64,000 nt of DNA, taken from contig NMRA01000243.1 of assembly GCA_002633005.1 (NCBI GenBank), positions 76,783 to 140,782 on the forward strand. The letters run 5' to 3'. The position numbers and the translations under genes are program-made. A model generated the notes under the pieces. That model made no database searches. It worked only from the letters and a program-made list of their open reading frames with translations, and had not been told where the DNA came from. The DNA comes from Phoronis australis. Its lineage: Eukaryota > Animalia > Phoronida. The stretch's first letter is position 1. Each line of letters begins with the position of its first letter. Positions 52,967 through 64,000 of this stretch are shown one piece after another.

Positions 52967-55900
52967 ATGTCGATAAGTTCGAAACCAAGTTTGAGCATCC
53001 CTGCTGTAAAATGCTTTGTCAAGCAGTTGGACGAGTGTTTTCCAAACGTATCCAGTGATTCAGGTGTGCTACCGTTTACTATGACGCTGTTAAATGGCAA
53101 CAGGATTAACATTCGAGTGGTGTGGCTTCAAGGCAGAGTTGAATCGGTGAGTGACCTCGACTGGCTCGAGTCAATCACTGACTGTCACGTATTTGATTTA
53201 CACAGGTTACGCTTATAGTCAGCCAGCTCGTTTACTTATGTTTCAGAGCTGAGTGTTTGCTATAAAAATGGTACCTGTTTGTTTCGGAATAAGGAATTTT
53301 TGGACCCACTGTTTGACTAAACTTAACATTGAAAAAATCCCTTTCCACATGTAGTTGAACATACTGACTTTACCGAGTCTTTTACCTCAGAGTCAGAGAG
53401 TCTGAGACGGCGCTGTTGCGGCCCGTATTGGAATTCGACCCAAATCAGAATACTCTGACACGGGCCGTTCCCGTATTGTAATATATTTTACAGTTGCATT
53501 TTAAACAATAAATTGAATACAAAACTTAGAGAATCAGTAGCATGCTGAACAACATGCTTAGCTCAGTGACCCTGCAAGGCTGTAACTATGGTGATGACCA
53601 GCTACTGACCATATTATATACTCTGTATCACTCACTTCACTTCATGGATGTCACCTGAGCTGTATGTTGGCACTTGCTGTCCTATGTAAATATCCTGATG
53701 GTGTCTAATGAATAGATGGAATGTTGATTTATCATGAACTTCTTCATTTGTGCGGCGATCGTGTGGTTTTTAATTTTACTGTGGCCAAAAACTGATTTAA
53801 TTCATCTTAGTTTGGTGAACTGAGTGGTAATTTGTACAGTTTTTAACAACATGGTCTCACAGTTCAAACACTTGTGTCATGAATTTTGTTGTAAATAAAA
53901 CGCCACGGAACTAGAGTTTCAAAAAGGTGTTCGCGTTATTAATTTTTACCAATATTAATTTTTACACCAATCAGTGTACCCCTATTATCTGACCGTGATG
54001 TGTGGAGTCGCAGATTTTTTTACTGTCAATAACAAGCACGCTTCCATTCGATTGGCCATCCAGAACGAGAAGGACAACAAAAAATATTCACACAGAAACA
54101 ACACATTGAGGTTTTGATTTATTTCAAAATATATTTATCACAAAATATCACCATCATGCAGTAAAATCGCACCATGACAGTAAAACGGAAATGTCTAGCT
54201 GGTACAAAGTTACTGTACCATACTGGTGCATGCACTCCACTTCAGCAAAAGTCAGATTTCAACCAAGTCTAATTTAATCCCTCAGTTCACTTGGATCCGA
54301 CGTTTACTGGCACACACTTATGTTACTAGTACATTTATATTGACAACACCCCGCCACAAATGACAAAACGCAATGTCCATAAACTCTATCTGCCCTGTCC
54401 TACATACTCAGACATCAATACACTGTAAGTATCAGAAGACCATAAGCAGGACAGAATGCAAAAATGATGGTTTTCCTCAAGTAAGACAGTTGCAGATTTT
54501 AATTGCTTGCCGTGCTACTTAACGTTTTGTCTGGAAATCTACAGAAACAACCCATCTACCGTCCCAATATAACATTGTGGGGTGTAACTCTCTTTGGGTA
54601 TCCCTTCCTTTGATCCTTCCCTATTCCTAATAACCTAGCTATATCAATAAATCTTCAAATTGGTGTCCACTCTGTGAAAATGTACAACTTGTCACTTTCT
54701 GTGTTTCTTCGTCGCTAGAAAACAACAGATGTCTTGGTCACTAAACCCTTAAAGACATATCTGACTTAGAAGGAAAGTCAAGTAAAAGACCATGAAACAT
54801 CGACTTCAGTGGGTGTTCTGGGGACCAAATAAAGTTGAACAGTATTGTTTCTGTGATCGAATTCTCACCCAAAAAACACTTTGTTTCAGTTTCAATTTTT
54901 AAACCTCGAAAGACCAGAAATTTGTATCATTGATTCTGGGTCTAATCTTTATGCTGGAAATCAAACTTATACTGATGTTTTCTGCTATATGTAAATATAA
55001 GTGTTAAAACCCTCTAATTCTGTGCATGCTCAAGTATGCAGTGATTTTCTTGGATGATTTTCTAAAAATCCTAGGTTACACATGATGATCCTACCATTAA
55101 AACTATGAGCTTTTACTTGAAACTCGGTGTTGTTACCAATATTGGTTCCTAAATACTACACAGTACACACGCATCTTGACTAACATGATTCATCAGCAAG
55201 ATGGCGGACCACTCCGCTCAGCGAAAACCATGTGACTTCAACTCTAGTTATATTTATCTCCGTGCGTATTATTGGATGGATCTGACTGCTGCAGCCCCCT
55301 TGTGGTAATTTTAATTTTCATTGTGGTAACGTCAGTATTTACCAGGATTGCTTTGAATAATTTGCCAATTTATGTATTCAAGTACTCCACCCCGTAGACG
55401 CAATTTTAATTGCACAAGTGTTTTTCACTGTGCTGCTTGGAAATGTTTGAAAATTAACGGCCTTATATCTTTGTCATTTGTTGTGCTCTTGTTACCTCTG
55501 TGGTATGTGTTTTACAGGTAGCTGCAGATGGAGAAAGCTTTAAACTAAACGATGGAACCAGCAGTTGTCTTGTAACTGGATTTCGTCATTTAAGCTCGGG
55601 TTGTCCTGTTATTGGTGCAGGTGGGCTGGTGTTTCTTAGCGGCACTTGTCTTCCTATTAGCCGTTCTTAGCAATATTTGTTTTTCATTTACTATTTTTCT
55701 CTTTGAATTATTACAAGCAGGACAATGCTTGCATTCTTGCTATCTTTTATTTTACTTGTTGCCTGTGAAGTGACTTACAGGAACGCACATTTTCAGAAGC
55801 AACCTGTCCATGTTTTCAAAAACTTCACTTTTGAACATCCATGCTCAGCTGATTTCTCTTAGAAAAATGTGCAAAACAACTAATGTTTTTTAATATTGAT

Positions 55901-56917
55901 TGTCCATATTTCTACAAAGATTCTCAATTAAACAGCAAGTATTAAACAACTCTGAATTCTGAGCTTACACAAACTTCTTGCAAGTCTTCTCGAATGTATG
56001 GAAAACTCTCCAAAAGTCCGGACTTTGTGGCATAAATTTCCAAGACGTAACGACAACCACTACAAACGTGATAATCACCTCCCTGCCTAATATAGATTGA
56101 TTCAGGTGCTTGCCAAGTACGACCTGGCAATATTCCCAGGTCACCAAAGGGGAGCTGAGGTTATCGAACCTCATTTGCAAGAGCTGAAAATGAAATACCT
56201 GTGAATTAAAAAGCCAGCGAACTAAGGAAATATCTTCTAGTGTATTCAGCGTCATTTTTTGCTCAAACGGAGCTTGGCAGTGACCAGTTTTCCCCAGATC
56301 CGCTACCTTCGGCTCATTATCCTGTGCACGGGCTTACCTCCTGAGGCATAGGGTCTCAATCACGCCCTTCCGATTTTTGATGGACAGTTCCCACTTCCAT
56401 TCTGTATACTCCCTGTACTATTTTGAGTGCACTGTATACTCCCTGTACTATTTTGAGTGCGTGTTCTGATGCACTACGGCTCGGCGACTTGGGATTTTTA
56501 CCAGGTTGACAAACGAAACTTGAGGTTGCTACGGAGACCTGGTGTGTTATTGCTTGGCCTCTTCCTCCACTCAGTTTGTCTGGACTATCAAAGGGTTTTT
56601 CATATGCACAAAAAGACTTTCAAGAAGCTTTTTTAAGCCCATCATTCCTGGTTGTCTCTACAAAGCTGGATATTTGTGAAAGTTGGCAAAAGTTGGTAAT
56701 GCAAGAGCTATTGGGATACCTTTTCTTTATATGCATTCATTGTATGTTCTTTTCTTGTTCAGGAATGTACATGATGGTCATTGGCGAACTGAAGCTTGGA
56801 TGTGGTGAGCCAGTGATGATATTGGCGACCAAGATACAAGATTTGTCTGATGTTGAGCTCAACGAATCTGTGTGGATGTATGAGGTTGTTGACTCTCTTT
56901 CTACTGCCAATGGGTGA
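52967..56917 (+). CDS. RMI2: RecQ-mediated genome instability protein 2 (OB-fold), 145 aa, 3 exons
   Basis: Exons 52967-53146 (PAVKCFVKQL..VVWLQGRV), 55518-55620 (FKLNDGT) and 56763-56917 (GMYMMVIG..ATKIQDLSD..NESVWMYEVVD) total 438 nt in frame. These match the RMI2 motifs VWMQGRV, GKYVMVMG, VKMTDLSD and ESMWELEV. Confidence 0.9.
56403..56460. repeat. Direct duplication with a 30-bp period in RMI2 intron 2
   Basis: TGTATACTCCCTGTACTATTTTGAGTGC occurs twice in tandem. Confidence 0.9.
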
Positions 56918-57742
56918 TCGATGGGGTAAGTAGGTTGGTGAGCAATGCTTTGAATTTCTGGATTATCTTGACAGCACGTTAAGTTGCACAAATTCCAATA
57001 GATGGCTCTACCAGTTATCTATATATGCGCAAACTTAAGGGTGGGTTGTTTAGAATGCCAGTATGAGAGAAACAGTTTTCTGTCTGTAGTGGCAAACACA
57101 ACATAGTGCTGGTGTTAGCATGACGGAATGAAGAATCACCGAAGACCAAAGTCCTTGTCGGCTTTAATCTTTTTCTAGAAGGTTTTTGTAACAGTGATGC
57201 AATGAAGTGCTTTTATTTTGAATAGTCTAAGTTTTCAAAGAAAGAATTCAATCAACAACTTCGTCTATTTGTTAGTGTTGCAGGTACATATAGATACCCT
57301 GATTTTTCACGATGTCCGAAAGTGGATGGAACTCACGGAATCTGACTTCTTTCACGGAATTAAAGATTTCAAATGGAATTTACGCATTACATCAGCAGAT
57401 AATTGCAATATTTTTGCTTTTGATTAGTAAAAATTAAAGGATAGAATCTTTCGAGTTTGACAATTCTGCCCAATAATCATTGTGTGGCAGACACGTTCAA
57501 ATATAAAGTTCATTCTGAGTGAAAGTAGCACTGTACTTTTTCCAGTTTTGAGGATCAATTAACATGCGATGTAGCAACTTAACGGTAAAACGGAGGTGTG
57601 GAATTATTGAGGGAAAAAATGAGGCAATTCTCAGTTCATTGTTGTGTTATTTATCGCAAAACATAAAAAGTGTATTTCTCTGTTTTTGATAGCGGAAAAC
57701 CAGCTTCTCTTTATCTCTGCGCGGGGTAAGAGTATTTGTAGA

Positions 57743-57845
57743 GGAGGCAGTGTGGCCTGGTTGATAAGTGCCCGCTTTCTTTACTCAAGGTCGTGGGTTC
57801 AAGTCCCACCAGGTCACACTGCTAAACCCTTGAGCCAGGTTTCTA
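57743..57845 (+). mobile_element. tRNA-derived SINE head
   Basis: A-box-like TGGCCTGGTTG, B-box GGTTCAAGTCC, then CCCTTGAGCCAGG; does not fold into a full cloverleaf. Confidence 0.55.
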
Positions 57846-59369
57846 GCTCAGTTTTAACCATATATCAATAAAGCATAAAAATATTTTCAGGTGATCAGTG
57901 CAATGGGCCCACATGCGAGGCCTGCGCACGTCTAGTACAACGTGTATCAGACCGCCTGCAATTATTTTTTTATTATAAGAGTATTTGTGAAATGATTTTA
58001 CATCGCATTAATCCAGATCAACGCAATGCTTGTATTAGTTGGATAACGAGTAACAAAGGACATTGGAAAATCTTAACTTAATCTCAAAAGACCAAATGCC
58101 CCTTTTGCACTGCCAACTGCATGCTAGAGATTCTCTACATTGGGCTGTTATCATTTGTAGTATAAGCCAAAAGTATTCGACCGGTGAAATAACCCCAGAA
58201 TTCTCTGTCATAACTGCTGGGCGGAAGTTGACTTAGTCGTCACTGTAGTTTTCCTCATGACAGAGAATAACGGGGAATCAACAGGAAAATTAGTATAGTG
58301 ACTAAGTCATTCGTCTGCAGTTTCAGTTTTGCCTTCATACTGGTGTCAGCCATTTTTGTTGCTCACAGAATTAACTGTCGTGACAGGAAAACAGTACTTT
58401 GCATGATTGCTGTAATTTGTTTTTTTTTCTGTATAAACTGAAATTGAGTGTCTTCCTGGAAGTGTGAGGCTGAAGTCCAAGAAGCTTTGTTATCTTATTG
58501 TCAAATTAGAAATTTTTTCTTCATTTGCTTTTCAGAAGTGATTTTAAGACTCGTTATCCCAAGAGCTCCTGAACTGAAAGTCTTTGTTATGACGTCATCA
58601 GATAATTTCTTTTTTTTTCATTTTCTTTAAGGAGTGTGACTGTGTTTCACAAGCCAGCCTAAACTGTCAAGTGAAAGTGCAGGCTCATTTTACAACTTTG
58701 GTATGCCTGTGAATTCCTAAAAGTTCTTGAATATTGTTGATCTGTTAAAGTGTTTTTTCTGTGTGATAACCTCATTACGATAAACACGCTCTTGTTGAAA
58801 AAACAAAGACCAAAGTACACCTCGAGTTTTCAAGGTTAGTTGGGTCCTTGTTAATCAGATTAGCTTGATGATCTCATTATCTCAATCTGATGAGACTTAC
58901 ATTCCTGGTTTTGGTGTTTAGATTACAGTGTAAATACCGGCCAGCGGGTAGTGCTGGATAGTTTGTGAGTCTGTTAAATTTCAGTAGAAATTGGGAACTG
59001 GTCGATTGTCTGGTCGTGCACTATCTATTGGTATTTGTTCATTTTTTGAACTGTTTTCGAAGATGAATGCAATTTGTTGGTTGTTTGATCTAGTCTTTGC
59101 AACCATGGCTGTTCCATTTCCTGACAGCTTGGCAGATTTGAGCTGGAAATTCAGATAGCCACAGATACTAAACATTGGTGTCGACTTAGACCTTAATCAG
59201 GAAGCCGTCCTCTTCTACATATTCGGCTTTTCACCAATGTTTTAATCTGAAGTGTTCTTGCTGTCAAGATGTGTCACCGACTGGAGTATTGTAGTTGCAT
59301 GCTGGTCCTGGTTTTGAGTTCAAAACTTAGAAATTTTAAAATTTTCTAAATGATAATGGCTTTCTGACA

Positions 59370-60180
59370 GATCTGCTGTGTCCCCTATTGGCAGTTTCAC
59401 TTATTTGTGTTTTCTCTGGTGTCTGTGGATTTCCGTGATGGATTTTCATGAAATTTTGCTGATCTGTTTCTTTTAGAAAAGGACGACTCCTTCTGGTTTT
59501 CTTATGAATTTGATGTGATGTATGTCACCTAGTGGCCATTTGTATTATTTTCAAAATTTTGGTGTGCACCTCTTTATCGGCCAAATCACTCTAAGGATCG
59601 TTTTGAAAATTGGTGCATGTTTTCCCTCATGGGCGACAATGACTTTCGATGGCTTTGACTACAGTGGTGCCCCCTAGTAGCAGTTCTGATTTTTTTCACA
59701 TCCACAGTTGTTTTTCTTAAAACACTGTAAGGTTGTTGTGAAATTTGGCAAGGGAATTTCTATGATGACAATGAATGACGACAACTTTCGGACATATCTA
59801 ACAGCTTTGTCCCCCCAGTGGCAATTCCACACTGTCCTTTGTGTCTCCGGATTTCCTTAACAAACTGCCAGGAAATTTGGCACTTACCTATTTATTAAAG
59901 AGATGATAACACCTTCCCATTTTCGGATACATTTGACTTATTGTATGCCACCTAGTGGCCATTTTTGTCATTTTTTGAAATTTTTGTTGTCGGCCTCTCC
60001 ATCGGCCAAAGCACTTTAATGATCATTATGAAAATAAACGTGTTTCCTCCAAGAAGTGAGTGGCAGACGATGATTTTCGAACAGGTGTGATTGCTGTTTC
60101 ACCCACTATTGTCATTTTTTACCTGTAGCTCAATATTTACAAAGATCCTTGAAGGATCTTCATGAAATTTGTATGTATTC
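59370..60180. repeat. Degenerate ~143-bp satellite (about 6 units), Helentron-associated type
   Basis: CC(C/A)CTAGTGGC-like cores at 59386, 59530, 59675, 59816, 59953 and 60107, each followed by a TGAAATTTG-like motif. Confidence 0.65.
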
Positions 60181-62236
60181 CCAGTCACCACTTCTTTTGC
60201 AACTCACTTCCTATCAGTTGCAGCAAATTTACACCCCTCATTTCCCACTTCCACACACATGTGTCGCCACCAATGCTGCAAAATTATTGGGAGGGGGGCA
60301 CAAGAACCCCCCAGCTTTGTACTGCGCTGATTTATACTGTGTAATACTGAAATTGTTTTATCCTCGGCATCAAATTAGATGGTTCAACAAAAATACGATT
60401 TTGTGCTTATGTGACATTTATTTTTAGGGATGGCTCAAGGCGAGGGCTGCACTATTGAATTCTGTGTGCACTGAAAGTGAAAAAAAAGCACTGAAGCTTG
60501 CAGACGATGAAACATTGGCACTCAATTCAGCGTTTAGGACCACTGACAAGTGTTCTAATACAGGACTCCATCCTTCAATACGTTATAGAGATACTGTACT
60601 GTGTAATAGGGTTCCCTGTGCAGTTGTTTGTGAGAAAAGGAAACTCTTCATGGGAAAATAATTGCGATGAATGAGGGAAGACGTGCAGGGGTAATGACAA
60701 AAACACTGCCAGGCCCCACGTGTGTTGGTGTGATGTAACGAGAGTTGGTGCGAGAGTTGGTGCCTTGCGTTTGTACTGGATGTATAGAAAGATCCCAGGT
60801 TCTACTAGAAATAGCTGTGAAAGCAGGCGGTTTACATAGGCCATGTTGTTGGAACTCACTGGAAACAAACCAGCGTGGCTGTTGGCGGATGAGGGACCTT
60901 GGTGTGTTAAATGCAAAATTGCCACAAATAAGTACTAATGAAACAAGAGTAGGTGGAGTATTATGAGCAGGATACTTAAATTAAGGACTTGAGAGAGTAT
61001 TTTGATTTTAATATCAAATATCCCGAAAAAGATATCACTGGAAAGAGTACCAAAATACAAGTATTTTGCTGCCTATGTCATCAAAATCAATCCTACCGTT
61101 TCAAAGTTAGAGCCTTTTAGCCCACCGGTTTGCAGGTCCATAACGCTCAGTTCCTAATAGCAAAGTGGCCGCCCTGCTGTGAGAAAACAAAATCTCGTGG
61201 CCGCCATTGTCTCTATATCTTTGGTTTTTAATAAAAATAAATTGTTAACTGCTTGTCAACAATCCACGAAACTCCCCTCTGTCTTGTGCTGCTATGCTGA
61301 ACGAAATCACGCTGATAATTAAAACAAGGCATTCCTAAAACAGAATAATGTATTTCATTACCCACACTTCAGTCACCACCACAATGCTGTTCTCGTCGAA
61401 CATTTCACCTGCGAAATATTACACTGAAACAAGATCAAAAGCGTTCTGCGAGTTACGACCATGACCCATGCGCAGTCGCGCAATGTTACACTTGTCTGTC
61501 CAAACTGGGTTGCTTCATGGAAATATAGAGAACTACTCAGCTTTCAATTATCAGTATCCTGTTTCTTATTAGCTATGTGCAGTAGAGTAGCAGCAACGAT
61601 GTGGCACTTTCAGGTACCATATTAATTGCCACTGGTCAAGTGCTTTTGACGCTATTAACCTTTTTAGAGATTGCGCGTGAATTTGTCAGCCTTACGGATT
61701 TGCCGGAAATCGTCACTGCGTCAAAACTGCTAAATATACAGCAGTTAAGAGCCCTATGCACGGCCATCTTTGAAAACTATTCTTCTGTTTCCTGTTTGGG
61801 CGTGGCATCATTTGTTTTGGTTTTGAATACGGCGAGTTGGCCTTCCTAATTACTTGTGGTAAAACCATGGACGGAATGGAGTTCATTCATGGCTTCAACA
61901 CGATGAATCACTCTTGATTTACTGCAGTTTGATATTTACGATTTCAGCTTGACGTGACGAGAGTGTTGCGTGGGACTTTAGTTGCTCGTATTTTCGTGGT
62001 GAAAAAACTAAACCAAGAGACTCGTTGGAAGAGGTGCGCGTTGCTACCTAGTTTTGAATGGGCAGTTTTGATTATCTCTGCTCTGCAATTTGCAGCACAC
62101 TTTCCATGCAGATGAATACAGTGCATTGATGTCCAAGGTAAATCTAAAACTATAATTAATGGGCAAAATTCTGTCCAAATCTGAAATAGGTCTCGTTGTT
62201 AAAACTGATCGTTGAATGTAGCGACTAACGTAAGTC

Positions 62237-62388
62237 CATGGGCGGATCCAGGATTTTGAGTTGGGGGGAGGGGCAAGGCAGAGTATTAGCCAGGATTTTC
62301 CCGTCAGACATTCGCACCCCGTACTGCCAAATGGAATCTGGGAGAATTTTAGAGGGGGCGGCATGGCCCCCCTCTAAATCCGCCACTG
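62237..62388. mobile_element. hAT-like MITE, copy 2, 5-bp TSD AAGTC
   Basis: Termini CATGGGCGGAT...ATCCGCCACTG with AAGTC on both flanks (62232-62236, 62389-62393). Confidence 0.8.
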
Positions 62389-64000
62389 AAGTCTACCAAA
62401 ATTCACGATGACTCGAGTACCTGACTGAATAATAATGGAAATGTGCCAATACTTGCTGACGGGTACACGTCAACTTGCCAGTATGTAACAAACAGATACA
62501 ACCCTATCTTCACACCATCTTAAAACCCGTCACGTACCACGCTTAGAACTTGGCTTGAAGGTTCGCTTGGATTGCCAAATAAACAACTTTTGTGGCACGT
62601 GATGGGCTTGGGCGTCGCGTCTAAAAATTTCAATGGCTCATTAAAGAAAACGACAGCTACTCTGTCGCGGTGAATCACTCTCCTTACCGATCCTCTTGAA
62701 TATCACAGATTGAAATTCTTTCAAAGTCTCACGAAATGCAATCGACAGCTTAAGTGCGATTCCTAAACGTCCTAAACATTGAGATCATATAGGCCTAGCA
62801 AGTGTTCTACTGTGCTTGAATGCACTGATAACGTAACGGGTGAGCGCTTCATCATTGTGACGTATTAACTGACAGGCTTTGGACTATTAAATAACCGAAA
62901 CCTGCACCATAGTCGTCATAGTCGTCGTCATCGTCGTCTTCATCGTCGTCACCACCTTTCAGAATCATCCCCCTGTTGACAATGTGTGCCTGCACGCCGC
63001 GAACGACAGTCACAGGATTTCCATCGTCAGACGCAATAATTATGAGTGTTCACTTCTTCATTGAAGTAACAATTGTGCTATCAAGGACCTCGTCAAACGA
63101 TCGCGGTTAATATTCACATCCACATTCTGTGACCCTCAGTCGCAGTGTCCTCTCAACGAGAGTTGTTTCCCCCTCTTTCCGGTACAGGAATACGTCTTCC
63201 GCCACTTCCGTTGGTGAACAGCAATTAGACATTTGGAGATCCGTCCTATCTGTAAGCTCTCGCAATGGTTGTGTGTAAGTCGGATCAAGACCTGTGAAAA
63301 TAAGATGGATATCTTGAGAGAAAGTAGAACTTCAAGGTATTATATTATTCACTGTGAAAAGGGTCAACAAGCATGCGTTAATTTTGAATTAAAAACGCCG
63401 GTACCCAACTCAACTGAGGACCTGCGTGGTTGCTTTCCGTAAACCCTAGAGTCTCGCGAAAAACGCAAGACTTCACGACATATCGCAATGCATCACAACA
63501 GAAGCACGTGGAAAGCAGCCCTGTCCCGCCGCCGTGGAAATGGTTGCATTCAAGTCACTTGGCATTCTTATCCCCCGAACACCCGGCCTATGCTCGGCAC
63601 CTTTGTTCGTTTGTTCGTGCGTAAAATGCCCTCGCATTAGAACCACATTAACTGAAAATATCAAGTCGCCCATTGTGGAAACAGTCTTACTTATTTCCGT
63701 TTTCATTTCACTTTTTGGGAAAACGTATTCTTATATTTGCCAGTAAGGATTCCTGAATCTCCTGTTTATTTCAAACAACAACCGAGTAAAAAAGTTTAAC
63801 ATAATAAACTTTATTTTTGGTCCCCATGCACATCTCACTGTCCATAAATAAATCACTGGTGGGGAAGTTGGGTAAAATTTTGTGTGATATGTGGGACTCA
63901 AACTATTGGGCGAGTAAGACTCAAAACTACGTTTAGACGGTTTTATTGGTTGAACTTCTGGTGTAACCCTGCAGTTGTGTGGCACACTAATCGTTTGTCG

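Noticed and set aside
57743-57815. Possible tRNA genes here and at 23500 and 39690
   Set aside because: A and B boxes only, with no intact acceptor or anticodon stems; treated as SINE heads.

Overview
Intron-rich, repeat-rich invertebrate animal genomic DNA (about 40% GC, draft assembly with N gaps); the taxon cannot be fixed from the sequence. Six spliced or intronless genes can be rebuilt by hand with GT-AG introns and consistent phases: (1) a secreted C-type lectin (- strand, 417/467-7689) whose single CTLD is interrupted by a trefoil-domain exon; (2) an intronless BHLHE22/23 (Beta3/Olig-class) bHLH gene; (3) ANKRD66; (4) a secreted DsbA/thioredoxin-fold protein with a CPDS motif; (5) a FAM167-like coiled-coil protein; (6) RMI2. 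The rest is MITEs (hAT-like with 5-bp TSDs, Harbinger-like with 3-bp TSD), tRNA-SINE heads, a Penelope GIY-YIG remnant, foldbacks, degenerate satellites, and a 1.35-kb duplication across an N that is probably an assembly artefact. The most unusual observation is the trefoil exon nested inside the lectin domain, which could be skipped in frame. Weaker leads are a satellite with CTCF-like motifs every ~143 bp, a forkhead-site minisatellite upstream of ANKRD66, and two GC-rich structured-RNA candidates. All family assignments come from remembered motifs, not database searches.
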